Origin: a virus
Direction: 5' to 3' (one strand)
Virus record (IMG/VR): IMGVR_UViG_3300009509_000013
Span: 1 to 64,000 of that record
DNA: 64,000 nucleotides
Part shown: piece by piece, positions 19,532 through 29,851 of the stretch
Layout: each line of letters starts with the position of its first letter
Position numbering within the stretch: position 1 is the stretch's first letter
Translations under genes and position numbers: made by a program
Notes under the pieces: generated by a model
The model's input: only the letters and a program-made list of their open reading frames with translations
Databases searched by the model: none
What the model was told of the DNA's origin: nothing

Positions 19532-20992
19532 CTACGGAACAACCGTCAACGTGTAGAGTGTTCCGGGAACTTGGTCGCCCGTCACAAGCTCGACCTTTTC
19601 GCCGGCGACGTTCAAAACGCTAACCGTCGCGAGCCCATTGTCGAAGGAATACTTCGCCGGGTTGCGAATGTCCGCGTTGTCCGTCATTGGTTCATTGAAA
19701 TAGACGTCGATTCGATTCTCGCCGACCGCTTCAAGCCGATCAATGTCGGGAGCTTCCCCGATTCCCGTGAAAGCGTCGGAGTCAAACCCCGGATCGACGA
19801 CGTTCCCCACAACGTCAACCATGTTTGAAACGGTGCCTTCGTATGAAGCGCCGTCCGTCATTTCCGACGTTTCGACTTCGACCCATTCCGGCGTTGCCAC
19901 GTTTTGAGCCGTGACCGCCGAAAAGAACAAGTTCGCCGCGCCCGGCGTCAATACCGCGACCGAATAGTTCGCCGGATTCAAAAGCGCGTCGTCTTTCCGC
20001 ATTGGTTCGTCAAAATTGAACCGGAGCTTCGTCGAGCTTACGACGTCGATCCCGGAAAGCCGGGGAGCGCGACCGAGCCCGCCGAAAAGATCCGTGTTCG
20101 TCGGCGGAGCCATAGCGTTTCCGGCGAGGTCTTCGACGTCCGAAACCGCCATTTCATAGTTATCGACCCCCGTTGTCATTTCCGACAAAACGTGAAGGTC
20201 GACATAGGTCGGATTCAAGACCGCTTCCGGCGTGATCGTGTCGAACGTGATCGGCCAAGCGAGCGCGCCCGGCGTGATCACATAGTTCGCCGGATCGACA
20301 AGCGCCGCGTTGTCGACGACCGGCTCGGAAAACGAAACGCGAATCGTGTCGAGCGCCGTCGCGACAACCGTGATCGTCGGAGCAACGCCAACGCCTGAAA
20401 AGCTCGCCGTGTCGTTTGCCGTGTCAATCGGATTTCCTACGGCGTCGACGACGTTCGACACTTCAACCGAATACGACGCGCCGTTCGTCATTTCGTTGAC
20501 TGTCACGTCGACATAGGTCGGATCGGCGACCGCTTCCGGCGCGACCGCCGTCGCCGTGATCGGAACGCCCGTCGTTTCCGTGAAGACGTAATTCCCCGGC
20601 AAGTTCAACGCCGCGTCGTCGCTCATTGGTTCGTTGAAGACGACGCGAACGGTTGTCGAATCTTGCGCTTCCGCGCTTGCGACTTGCGGTTCAACTCCGA
20701 TTCCGGTGAAGCCCGCCGACAAAAAGCCGACGTCCATTGTTTCGGCGAGAACGTTTTCGAGCCCCGCGTCGACCGTGACCGTCAACGCCGCGCCGTCGAG
20801 CATTTCCGGCGTGACCGTCAAGCGCGCCTTGTTCGTCCCGAAGCCAATCGAAACGGTCGAAACGCCGTGTCCGCCGATTGTGTAGCTCGCCGGATCTTGG
20901 AAAAGCGCGTTTTGATTCATAGCTTGATCGAAGACGACTTCGACCGTGTATTCGTCAATCGCGCTCGCGCTTGAAACTTTCGGATTCGCCAT
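19532..20992 (-). CDS. virion protein of about five tandem Ig-like repeats
   Basis: Repeats of V.V.F.EPM......L.P.NY...V.EMT.GA.Y...VS.V.D..GN. Confidence 0.75.
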   Translation of the reverse strand: MANPKVSSASAIDEYTVEVVFDQAMNQNALFQDPASYTIGGHGVSTVSIGFGTNKARLTVTPEMLDGAALTVTVDAGLENVLAETMDVGFLSAGFTGIGVEPQVASAEAQDSTTVRVVFNEPMSDDAALNLPGNYVFTETTGVPITATAVAPEAVADPTYVDVTVNEMTNGASYSVEVSNVVDAVGNPIDTANDTASFSGVGVAPTITVVATALDTIRVSFSEPVVDNAALVDPANYVITPGALAWPITFDTITPEAVLNPTYVDLHVLSEMTTGVDNYEMAVSDVEDLAGNAMAPPTNTDLFGGLGRAPRLSGIDVVSSTKLRFNFDEPMRKDDALLNPANYSVAVLTPGAANLFFSAVTAQNVATPEWVEVETSEMTDGASYEGTVSNMVDVVGNVVDPGFDSDAFTGIGEAPDIDRLEAVGENRIDVYFNEPMTDNADIRNPAKYSFDNGLATVSVLNVAGEKVELVTGDQVPGTLYTLTVVP

Positions 20993-21002
20993 GATCTAGC
21001 CC

Positions 21003-23174
21003 CTACGCCGCGACGACCGTGATCGAAACGGTTCCCAAAACCGGGAGTTCGCGCGGTTGAAGCGCGACGTTCGCCGGCGGAGTCGTCACTTCGACCTTTT
21101 CAATCGACTCGCTCGTTTCGAAAATTTCATGATTGATTCGAGAAACGGCGACTTCTTCGCCGAACTCCCATTCGAATGTCACGCCGTCTTGCTTCAACGC
21201 TTCCGGTTGAATGACTTGTTGAAGCCGGTTGATCACGGATTGAACTTCAACCGACCCGTAAACCGTCGCCGCGACGTTGATCACTTTCGGCGTGTAATTG
21301 ACCGACGTGATTTCTTGGTTCGCGACGAAATGCTTTTCGATTCTCGGAACCGCGAAAGCGTCGCCGTTGAAATAGAGATCGAGCGCCGCAAGTTGTTCGT
21401 TCGACGCTTGCCCGCCGCCCGCCGCGACGACAACAAGCTCGACCGTTTTCGGCCCGAATCCTTCTTCGAACGGTTTCGCGCGCGTGAACGGCTTCGCGCC
21501 GTTTTCGTCCGTGAATTGCTTCGCCAATTGCGCCGCGTCGTCCGGCGTGATCGCGACTTCTTTCACGCGAAGCGACGCCGGCCCTTCGATCTTCGCTTGT
21601 TCAAGCGATTCTTCCGTCGAACCTTGCGCTTCCGACCAACCCGTCGCCGGTCGCGGATTGAACACGGCGTTTATGAACGACAAGCCGGTTTTGTCCGTTG
21701 TGACTGTCGACGCGCCGACATTGCCGTCGTTTTTCGCCCCGTAGCGATACGCCGCGACGATATTCGACACGCCGATTCCGGGGATTCGTCCCGCTACTCC
21801 GTCGCCAAAAATGACGGTCGCTCGGTCGTTCTCGCCGCGCTCGACCCGATAGTGTTTGTCGCTCGCCGCGCTTCCGAGAAAATTGTCGACTTCGGTCCAT
21901 TCTTCGCCGTCGACCGTGATCGTCATTGTGCTTTCGATATAGTAATCCTTCGACGTTTCGAACCGTTGATTCGCGAGCCCGGTTGAAGAACCGAGCGGGT
22001 CGTCGGTATGGCTTCGCCCTTGCGTTGCCAAGCGCGCGACGTATTGCTTCCCCTTGTCGATTCGGATTCGTTGGAAGACCGGGGAAGTTGTTCCGCCCAA
22101 GATTTCGACGATTCGATAACGCAACCAATAGGCGGAAAAACCGTTGACCGCCGTCGCGACCCAATTCCGCGTTAGGGTTTGCGGAAGCGGATATTCGACT
22201 TCGCCGCCGCCCGGATTCGAAAAGTTGTTCGGTTCGTCGACGACTTCCGACAAAATTTCCCAATCGCTCCCGACCGTGTAATCGGTCGGATCGGTTGAAG
22301 GGGTCGTTTGCCCTAGAAGCCCGGTTGTCGCGATATTCTTTCCGCCGACCCAAGTTGTTTCGACGTCTTCATAAGCCGTTGTCGAATTGAATTGAACGCG
22401 AACCTTTGTCCCTTGCCGATTTTCGAGCCCAAGATATGACGTCAAATCGAATTGAAGCGAGCCGCCTAGATTCGTGACCGAAGTCGGCGCGGTCTTTCGA
22501 AAGTTCCCGTCGTAATACTCCCAAACGCCCTTGATATTCGCCGCGAGCGTCGTCAACCCGGCGATTGACAATTGATTCCACATTGCTTCGGGGTGTCCGA
22601 AATAGATCGCGTCTTTCACGGCGGGAGTCGCCCAAGGGGAAAAGTCGTCGCCCGGAGTGACCGCCGAATTCGCCTTCGTCGTGTAATCGGTGAACGCCCC
22701 GCTTTCTTCGCCGAAGCATTTCCCAAGTTGATCGGTTCGCGTGACCGCGAGCGCCGTCAACGCTTCGAAATAGCGCGAAGGTTCGTTTCCTTGCTTCGTC
22801 GTCGCCGCTTGCGCGCCGGCGGGAATGACAACCGTCGAGCCCGCCGAAAAGACCTTCGCGAGTTCATAAACCAAATCGACTTGCGCCGGCGACGACGCGC
22901 GAAGGTTGAAGTCGATCAAGCGAAGCATGTTCCGAACCGTTTCGACAAGCTTCGCGGTCGGAAGCGTCGATTCATTCGCGACAAGATCGATCAAGACGTT
23001 GTTCGAATGCCCAACAAGCGCGACCGCTCGAAGAAATTGAATGAACGGCTCGAAGGCGCTTTCGTCCGTAATCTCAGGAACGTTGCGCCGCTTGTATTGA
23101 ATGAGCGCTTCGAGAATTTGCGGATAGTAAAATCCGGTGAAATCGAAGTCGGGGATTTCAATATTCGTTGCCAT
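21003..23174 (-). CDS. baseplate J-like protein
   Basis: IFGDGVAGRIP, YRYG..GNV, NPRPATG..ESLEQAK, AITPDD motifs. Confidence 0.88.
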   Translation of the reverse strand: MATNIEIPDFDFTGFYYPQILEALIQYKRRNVPEITDESAFEPFIQFLRAVALVGHSNNVLIDLVANESTLPTAKLVETVRNMLRLIDFNLRASSPAQVDLVYELAKVFSAGSTVVIPAGAQAATTKQGNEPSRYFEALTALAVTRTDQLGKCFGEESGAFTDYTTKANSAVTPGDDFSPWATPAVKDAIYFGHPEAMWNQLSIAGLTTLAANIKGVWEYYDGNFRKTAPTSVTNLGGSLQFDLTSYLGLENRQGTKVRVQFNSTTAYEDVETTWVGGKNIATTGLLGQTTPSTDPTDYTVGSDWEILSEVVDEPNNFSNPGGGEVEYPLPQTLTRNWVATAVNGFSAYWLRYRIVEILGGTTSPVFQRIRIDKGKQYVARLATQGRSHTDDPLGSSTGLANQRFETSKDYYIESTMTITVDGEEWTEVDNFLGSAASDKHYRVERGENDRATVIFGDGVAGRIPGIGVSNIVAAYRYGAKNDGNVGASTVTTDKTGLSFINAVFNPRPATGWSEAQGSTEESLEQAKIEGPASLRVKEVAITPDDAAQLAKQFTDENGAKPFTRAKPFEEGFGPKTVELVVVAAGGGQASNEQLAALDLYFNGDAFAVPRIEKHFVANQEITSVNYTPKVINVAATVYGSVEVQSVINRLQQVIQPEALKQDGVTFEWEFGEEVAVSRINHEIFETSESIEKVEVTTPPANVALQPRELPVLGTVSITVVAA

Positions 23175-23190
23175 GCCGTCGCCCTTTCAA

Positions 23191-23571
23191 TCAAGCGCCC
23201 GAAGTGAACGACTTCGAAAACGTGTTCACTTCGTCCGATTCGATGTTCAAATATTTGAACGTCAACTTCAATTCTTGCGTTCCTTCGTTCGCTTCCCAAG
23301 CAATCGTGTTCGTCAAAAGCTTGAAACGGTGAAGGCGAAAGAAGTCGTCAAAAAGCGTTTTCACCTTCCGCAAAATGAGCGCGCGAAGGTTCGGATCGTT
23401 GACGTTGAAAATCATGTCGGAGCCAAGCCCCAAATCTTTTTGAAAAGCGTTTTCGGAATCGTTATCCGACAACGCCGTGAAAATGATCTTTTGATCGTTT
23501 TCGTCGCCGTCAACAAGCTTCGCGCCGCCTTGCTTGTTCACGCCGACCGGAATGTTCAACCCTTGCGCCAT
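23191..23571 (-). CDS. gp25/GPW-like baseplate wedge (sheath initiator)
   Basis: Size, position and DLGLGSDMIF pattern. Confidence 0.7.
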   Translation of the reverse strand: MAQGLNIPVGVNKQGGAKLVDGDENDQKIIFTALSDNDSENAFQKDLGLGSDMIFNVNDPNLRALILRKVKTLFDDFFRLHRFKLLTNTIAWEANEGTQELKLTFKYLNIESDEVNTFSKSFTSGA

Positions 23572-23583
23572 TGCTTCAACCCT

Positions 23584-24159
23584 TCAATAAACCGTGTCCG
23601 TGTTCGTGATCGGCAAAGGTCCGCCGCTCGCCGGCGGAGTCGTATCGAGCCCCGCGATCAAAACAACAATCGCGCCGCCCGTTGTCGCGTTGTGAAACGC
23701 GGTCGCGAGCTTTCCCGCTTTCGAAGCCGCCGATTCTTTCGCGTTCGAAGCCAAAATCGAAGTGATCTCCGCTTTCAAAGCTCCCGGCGGACATGCGACA
23801 ACCGCGCTCGTTTGTTCAACGCCCCATGTCCCATTTCCGCCGACGCCCGAAGACGGCGGAGTTCCAACCGAAAACGTCGCGCCGGTCCAATAGGCGACGA
23901 ACGCCGCGTCGAATTCCAATTCGGCAAGCGCCGGCGTGTTCGTATCGGCGAACACAAGCGCGCTTTCGAAGCCCGCCGCGTTTGCCGACGCGATTCCGTC
24001 GCCGGAAACGTCTTCAACGTCCGCCGCGTAAGTGTCATAAGCCGCCGCCCAATTCGCCGCCGCTTCCGCCGCGTCCGCCGGAAAACCGATAAAATCATCA
24101 TGCGCTTCGTCGAGCATTTTGATCAATTCGGTTTCAAGCTTTGATTTGTCTAGCGCCAT
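23584..24159 (-). CDS. hypothetical baseplate-associated protein
   Basis: Start MALDKSKL after GGAG; lies between the spike and gp25-like genes. Confidence 0.55.
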   Translation of the reverse strand: MALDKSKLETELIKMLDEAHDDFIGFPADAAEAAANWAAAYDTYAADVEDVSGDGIASANAAGFESALVFADTNTPALAELEFDAAFVAYWTGATFSVGTPPSSGVGGNGTWGVEQTSAVVACPPGALKAEITSILASNAKESAASKAGKLATAFHNATTGGAIVVLIAGLDTTPPASGGPLPITNTDTVY

Positions 24160-24161
24160 GA

Positions 24162-25142
24162 TCAATCCGCTCCGTCCGGGAATTTCAACTTGTTCGAATT
24201 GATCGACGTGTCCCAAACTTCCGAAGGTCCGGTCGTCGGCGGAGAACTAGGCCCGACGCCCGTCCCGTGAACATGCGCGTCGAGCCAAGTGTTCAATTTC
24301 CCCCAAAGTGTTTCCAAGTGATCGGCGATTGCGGCGCTAACGTCCGCGACTCCAAGTTCGGTCACGGTGTCCGCGTCTTTCCCCGTCACCTTCACGCCCG
24401 CCCCGCCGTCGATTGTGACTTCAAGGTTCGTTCCGCCGGCGTCGAGCTTGACGATATGGGAACCGCCGTCAATCGAAAGTTCGAACGTCTTCCCGTCGCC
24501 GTCCATTTTCAAGACGTCGTTCCCGTCGTTCAACGAAACTTCAATCGCGTTTCCGGCGTCAACCGGCTTCAAGTGAAGAAACGTCTTTTCGAGCGTTGTC
24601 ACTTTGAACGAACCGTCGACGTCGATCAAAACTTGCGTCGTGTTCGCCGGGTCGGTCTTCAACGCTTGATCCGGCTCCGACAAGTCTTTGACCCAAGTCA
24701 AAAAGATCTTCGTCGCGCCTTCCGTGTCGTCGAAAAGCAAAATGTGACCCGCCGGCGTAGCGAAACCCCGCCGCTTCCCGTAATTCTCGGAAACGAAGTC
24801 GGGGTGAATCGGCGCGGGAATGTTCGTCGATTCGCCGTCAAGTTCTTCGTCCGTGTAGGGTCGAACCATGCGCCAACGAACGTTGTCCGTTCCGCCTTCG
24901 AGCAACCCTTGACCGGGCGATTCGTCCGTTTCGGTTCCCGTGACGATCTCGATTTCGACTTGTTCGCCAACGTCGGGAACGACGAACCAACCCCAATCAA
25001 GCGACGGTTCAATGAAGTCCGGCAATTCGGAATCTTCGTCGCCCAAAAGTTGCGCGCAAGCGACCTTGATCCTTCCCCGATTTTCTTCGTCTTCGGTTGA
25101 AGTGACCGTCGCAATATAGCGTTCTGTGATCGTCCCGTTCAC
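24162..25142 (-). CDS. baseplate central spike (gpV/gp5-like)
   Basis: OB-fold motifs GRIKV and VPDVGEQV; GHILLFDD; C-terminal HxH (AHVHG) apex. GTG start overlaps the upstream stop. Confidence 0.85.
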   Translation of the reverse strand: MNGTITERYIATVTSTEDEENRGRIKVACAQLLGDEDSELPDFIEPSLDWGWFVVPDVGEQVEIEIVTGTETDESPGQGLLEGGTDNVRWRMVRPYTDEELDGESTNIPAPIHPDFVSENYGKRRGFATPAGHILLFDDTEGATKIFLTWVKDLSEPDQALKTDPANTTQVLIDVDGSFKVTTLEKTFLHLKPVDAGNAIEVSLNDGNDVLKMDGDGKTFELSIDGGSHIVKLDAGGTNLEVTIDGGAGVKVTGKDADTVTELGVADVSAAIADHLETLWGKLNTWLDAHVHGTGVGPSSPPTTGPSEVWDTSINSNKLKFPDGAD

Positions 25143-26269
25143 GCTAGGCTTTTCCTTCCCGAAAATTCGACCGTGTAACCGCCGCCCGACGACATGGAAT
25201 GTCGAACGCGCGAAAAGAACCAACGCCCGTCGAACTCCGTTCCGAGCCCGTCAAGCGTGTGAATCTGTCGAGCCCGCAAAGACTCGACGCCGATCAACCG
25301 ACCGCCGCCCGTGATCAAGTTTTCCCGCATTCGGCGAAACCATTGTTCCGCCCAAGCCTTCACGTCCGCCGGTTTTTTGAACCGCTTGTTCGTGAATTCT
25401 TCGAACGAAAAGTCGCCAATGAAAAGTTTGACCGTCGACCCGCGACCTTCCGCGACTTCTTCGTCGGCGGTTCCGGTCCAAGTCGCGTCCGGCGGATCTT
25501 CGTCTTCTTCGATTTCTTCTTCAATGACCTTGCCGGTCTTTTCGTCTTTCACGCGAACCTTGATCTTTGTGTTCGCGCCTTGAATCAAGAATTCCGGCGT
25601 GAAGCTCAAAAGAGCCCGGTTCCCCGTGTTGTAATTGAACGTATATTCTTTGTCTTGCGTCAACGATTTCGACGGGTCTTTGAAGTGAAGCGTCCATTTC
25701 CCGTTTTCGTCGCCGTCGACCCAAAAGAAGAAGCCCGTCATGTTCGCGAGCCCCTTCACGAATTGATAGTCGGACAAGCCGACCTTTTGAAAAAGCTTCG
25801 CGTCGATTTGCGGAGCGTCGTCAATGTCCGCTTCGAAGCCGTAAAACTCCGCCTTCCCGTTCACGACGTCGGAAACGCCTTCGCCGGGAAATGAACGCCC
25901 GCCCTTGCCGCCCTTTTTCTTCGAGCCTTCGGGCGCGTTGTCCATCATTTTGAAGTCTTTCGTGTAGCCGACGATCTCCATTGTCGGAAGCACGGCTTCG
26001 GGGAACGTCGGTCGCGGCTTCACGATCACAACCCGCCCGACGTGTTCAAGCGTCGTTCCGTAACCCATATGAATCGAGATCTCGTTTCCCGGCTTGAAAA
26101 CCTTCAAGTCTTGAAAGACAAGATTCGGATTCGCGATCACGATCTTTGCCATGTCCGCGATCCCGTCCGTGCTTTCATACGTCACCTCTTGAACATACTT
26201 CGTCAAACCCGTTCCGAGATCGGTCCCGGCAATGTTCAAGATGTAGTTTGGAGCGAGATCTTCCGGCAT
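25139..26269 (-). CDS. baseplate hub (late control D / gp27-like)
   Basis: GNEISIHMGY, QKVGLSDYQFV..LA, LDGLGTEFDGRW..VRHS..GGYT. Confidence 0.85.
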   Translation of the reverse strand: MPEDLAPNYILNIAGTDLGTGLTKYVQEVTYESTDGIADMAKIVIANPNLVFQDLKVFKPGNEISIHMGYGTTLEHVGRVVIVKPRPTFPEAVLPTMEIVGYTKDFKMMDNAPEGSKKKGGKGGRSFPGEGVSDVVNGKAEFYGFEADIDDAPQIDAKLFQKVGLSDYQFVKGLANMTGFFFWVDGDENGKWTLHFKDPSKSLTQDKEYTFNYNTGNRALLSFTPEFLIQGANTKIKVRVKDEKTGKVIEEEIEEDEDPPDATWTGTADEEVAEGRGSTVKLFIGDFSFEEFTNKRFKKPADVKAWAEQWFRRMRENLITGGGRLIGVESLRARQIHTLDGLGTEFDGRWFFSRVRHSMSSGGGYTVEFSGRKSLA

Positions 26270-26272
26270 GGC

Positions 26273-27052
26273 TTACAAGTCCAAAATGACGTGCGAAACG
26301 AACGAACGATTTCGCAAGTCGAACATTTGTTGACGAAGCCGCTTTTGTGGCGAATCTTCTTTCGCGAATGCGCCTTCAAGCGGGATCGAAGTTTGCGTGA
26401 CCTTTTCCTTTCGAAGCGTCGATTTGTCCGGGAGCTTGATCACGTCGCCGGCTTGAATGTTCGGTTTCGTCGGGTGACGCTTCCGAATCACGTCGCCAAG
26501 CAACGGATTTCCATATTCGCGCTCGGTCAACGCTTCGTAATAGTCCCGACGCCGCGCCCGGTGATAGCGCGTTTCGCCGAAAAACGTGTCGTCGATTGAA
26601 TAGGGAATGTATTCGCGAAGAACCATTTGAAAGGTTGCCCCGCGAAGCCCGCCGAATGCGTCGGGTTGATCATAGTTGATCGGCCCAAGTGATTCGAGAA
26701 TACATTCGGGAATTTGAATGTGTGAATCGCCGATCCAAAACGTCAAGATCGGCGGGTGTCCTTCAACGCCGCCAAGCTTCGTCGTCCATGACTTCAACGT
26801 GTCAAGCGTGTTTTGAATGTCCGAAAAATCGACCGCCGAATATTTGTAAAGCCGGGCTTGAAACGTGACCTTGTTCATTTGCCCGTGCAAAAATTGAGTG
26901 ATCGCCTTCGCCGCGCCTAGCGAATAGTGTTCGGCGTATTCTCCGCCCCAACCTTCTTCGGTGATCGCGGTCGGTTCGTATTGACCTTCGATTGTTTGAA
27001 AGGTTTCGGTGTTCGTTAGGAACCAAGTCCGAAGCGTCGTGAAAAGTGACAT
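26273..27052 (-). CDS. tail tube initiator with LysM-like C-terminal domain
   Basis: Follows the tape measure gene; PPILTFWIG; EYGNP...IQAGDVIKLP. Confidence 0.7.
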   Translation of the reverse strand: MSLFTTLRTWFLTNTETFQTIEGQYEPTAITEEGWGGEYAEHYSLGAAKAITQFLHGQMNKVTFQARLYKYSAVDFSDIQNTLDTLKSWTTKLGGVEGHPPILTFWIGDSHIQIPECILESLGPINYDQPDAFGGLRGATFQMVLREYIPYSIDDTFFGETRYHRARRRDYYEALTEREYGNPLLGDVIRKRHPTKPNIQAGDVIKLPDKSTLRKEKVTQTSIPLEGAFAKEDSPQKRLRQQMFDLRNRSFVSHVILDL

Positions 27053-27057
27053 TGCTT

Positions 27058-29655
27058 TTAGCCTCCCGCTCCGACCGGAACCGCGCCTTGTTCAAGTAGC
27101 ATTTTCCGTTGAAACGGAGTCGTCTTGAATCCGCCGCGTTCGGAAATCTCTTGCTTGTGCCGCCCGGAAGCGTAAGCGACTTCGCGACCGTCGACGTTCA
27201 AGCAATTGTTGATGTTCAATTGACGCTTGTCTTCGAGCTTCGCCGCGACGTCGACCTTCGGCGGTCGAGCGGTTCGCGCCTTTTCTCGCTTCTTCATGTT
27301 CGTGATTTGCGTCGCTTGGCTTTCTTGCGTCGTGTCTTGCACGCCTTGAAGCCCCTTTTCGACGACCTTCACGCCTTGCGTCTTCTTCTTTTCTTCTTCG
27401 GGGAATACGATTCCGCCGATCCCCTCTTTGGCAAACGCCTTGATCCCTTCCGGGATCGGAATGTGAAGCGTTTCGGCGAGCTTGACCGCCGCCGCCATAA
27501 GCTTTCGAATCGGCAAAAGAACGAAATCGAAAATCGCGATTCCGAGCTTCGCGATTCCGCGAATCATGTTCCCGGAGAACATATCGCGAAAAGCGTCAAT
27601 GACCCGCGTGATCGTTTGCCAAACGACCCTAAACGGCGTGACCATGTATTCCCAAACGATAGGAGCGACCGCCGCAATGATCGGAATCAAGAATTGAACG
27701 ACCTTCAAGACCGCCGTTGCGACCGCCCCGATCACGGAAGCAATTGTTCGCCCGACTTCGCGCCAATCAACCGAAACGGATTCCGTTCCGTCCGAAATGC
27801 TCGCCACAACGTCTTGAAAGGCGAGCTTGATCATTGCGATTGTTTCGTTCCAAATGATCCCCAATTCTTCGATCACGGGAATGAAGCCTTCCTTCAATCC
27901 CAACCAAAGCGGCTTGATCGCGTTTTCGTAAACGTCGAGAACCCATGACTTGATCGAGCCCCAAACGCGAACCGCCGTGTCGAGCAAGCTTTCGTTCGGT
28001 TCCCGAAGCAATTGAAACGCCGCATAGACGACGCCAAGAATTGCGAGAACCGGCCAAAACGCGCCCGAAATGAAAGTCGCGAGCCCCGAAATCGCCGGAA
28101 TGACGACCGAAGAAATCACGAACGCGATCCCGGCAAACCCGACCAAAACGGGAACCGCCGCCGCCGCGACGCCTGCAAACAAGACCGCAAATTTCGCAAT
28201 CGACCGGAAGGTTTCGCCGCCGAATGTCGCCTTCGCCCGGTCGGACAATTGAACGAAAAAGTTCCGAAGCGACGCGATCCCGCTTTTGACAAGGTTGATC
28301 GCGTCGACGACTCCGAGCGCAATGTTCCCAATGACCGGCCCGAATTCGCCTATCACGCCTTGAACGACGTCCGCTTCGGTCCCGACGCCCGCCGCGACTC
28401 GCTTGAACGCCGATTGAATCTTTTGAATCGCTTGAACGACAAGACCGAGCTTTGTCGCCGCGACCGTGACGAATTCCGTCAAGGGAGCCAAAAGCGGTTG
28501 AAATAGTTCGATTGAAAAGCCTTCCATTGCCGAAGCGAAGATCGTCAATTGCCCCTTCAAATTCGCGAGCCGGATCTTCGCCATTTCTTCCGCCGCGCCT
28601 TCGGCTTCGAAGTTTTGCTTCACCAATTCGTCGAGCGACTTTTTCCCCGCCGCTTGAAGGGCGAAGAAAGCCTTTTGACCGCGAAGCCCGAAAAGCTCCG
28701 TCGCCATTGCCGTTCGTTTGATCGGGTCTTTGACCTTGTTCAACTTCAAGGCGAATTGTTCGACGATCCGCGAAACCGGAAGAAGCCGATTGTTTGAATC
28801 GCGAAGCGCGATCCCCCAATTCGTCATAAGCTCCGCGCCCTTCGACGAAGGATTCGCGAGCTTGTTGAACATATTGACCATTGACGTTCCGCCTAGCGTC
28901 GCGTCAAGACCGGAGTCGGCGAGCTTTCCGGCGACCGCCGCCGCTTCTTCGAGCGGAACGCCAAGCGTTCGCGCCGAACCCGCCATCATGCGGAACGTTT
29001 CACCAAGCTTCGAAATGTTCGTGTTCGTCTTCGAAGACGTGTTCGCGAGAACGTCGGCGACACGTTGCGCTTGATCCCATTCAAGCCCCATGCCTTTGAC
29101 CGTCTTCGCTACCACGTCGGAAGCTTCGGCGAGCCCCATTGAATCCGCCGCCGCCGCGTTCATGATTCCGCCAATGCCGCCAATGATTTGACCGACGTCC
29201 GCGCCCGCGCGAGCCATGTTTTCCATAGCTTGCCCGGCTTCGGTCGCCGTGAATTGCGTCGAAGCGCCAAGTTGCTTCGCCTTCAATTCAAGCGGAGCCA
29301 TGTCTTCGGTTGTGATCCGAAGAATCGACCGCGTGTTCGACATTTGTTGTTCGAAGTCCGCCGCTTTTTTCGCCGCGAACCCCATTCCGAGCCCGACCGG
29401 AGCAAGCGCCATTGCCGCCGAACGCGCCGCGCTTGTCATTTGTGACAAGCCTTGCGCCATGTTCCGACCGGAAGACCGCGCGATTTGAGCCATTGCCCGC
29501 GCGGTTGAAGCGCCGACGCGCGCCATTGTTGCGGGAAGCATGTTCGCTTTCGTGTTCAATTGAACGAAAGCGTTTCCGGCTTGCCCCATAGTGGCGATTG
29601 CTTGATTCCCGTCAAACTTTAGGAGCCCGCCTAGCCCTATGGTTTCAAACGCCAT
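27058..29655 (-). CDS. tape measure protein (TP901 family)
   Basis: AADFEQQM, LGASTQFTATEAGQAM, DVLANTSSKTNTNI; amphipathic helical repeats. Confidence 0.93.
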   Translation of the reverse strand: MAFETIGLGGLLKFDGNQAIATMGQAGNAFVQLNTKANMLPATMARVGASTARAMAQIARSSGRNMAQGLSQMTSAARSAAMALAPVGLGMGFAAKKAADFEQQMSNTRSILRITTEDMAPLELKAKQLGASTQFTATEAGQAMENMARAGADVGQIIGGIGGIMNAAAADSMGLAEASDVVAKTVKGMGLEWDQAQRVADVLANTSSKTNTNISKLGETFRMMAGSARTLGVPLEEAAAVAGKLADSGLDATLGGTSMVNMFNKLANPSSKGAELMTNWGIALRDSNNRLLPVSRIVEQFALKLNKVKDPIKRTAMATELFGLRGQKAFFALQAAGKKSLDELVKQNFEAEGAAEEMAKIRLANLKGQLTIFASAMEGFSIELFQPLLAPLTEFVTVAATKLGLVVQAIQKIQSAFKRVAAGVGTEADVVQGVIGEFGPVIGNIALGVVDAINLVKSGIASLRNFFVQLSDRAKATFGGETFRSIAKFAVLFAGVAAAAVPVLVGFAGIAFVISSVVIPAISGLATFISGAFWPVLAILGVVYAAFQLLREPNESLLDTAVRVWGSIKSWVLDVYENAIKPLWLGLKEGFIPVIEELGIIWNETIAMIKLAFQDVVASISDGTESVSVDWREVGRTIASVIGAVATAVLKVVQFLIPIIAAVAPIVWEYMVTPFRVVWQTITRVIDAFRDMFSGNMIRGIAKLGIAIFDFVLLPIRKLMAAAVKLAETLHIPIPEGIKAFAKEGIGGIVFPEEEKKKTQGVKVVEKGLQGVQDTTQESQATQITNMKKREKARTARPPKVDVAAKLEDKRQLNINNCLNVDGREVAYASGRHKQEISERGGFKTTPFQRKMLLEQGAVPVGAGG

Positions 29656-29656
29656 G

Positions 29657-29851
29657 TCACTTCCCCTTTGATGCGCGCTTTATTGCCTCCGCTTCGTCTT
29701 TCTTTTGCTTGTGAAGCCTTTCAATGTACCATTCGCGATCCGACGAACTCATTCCTTGAATGTCGCCGAACGTCATTCCCGGCATACAATAGGTCAACGC
29801 GAACACTTGTTCGCGAAGCTCTTTTGTCGGCGTTACCGGGAAGAACTTGCG
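29657..29851 (-). CDS. -1 frameshift extension of the tail assembly chaperone (gpT-like)
   Basis: Slippery T TTT TTC at 29851-29857; the -1 frame is open for 64 codons and stops 1 nt before the tape measure ATG. Confidence 0.75.
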   Translation of the reverse strand, partial: RKFFPVTPTKELREQVFALTYCMPGMTFGDIQGMSSSDREWYIERLHKQKKDEAEAIKRASKGK

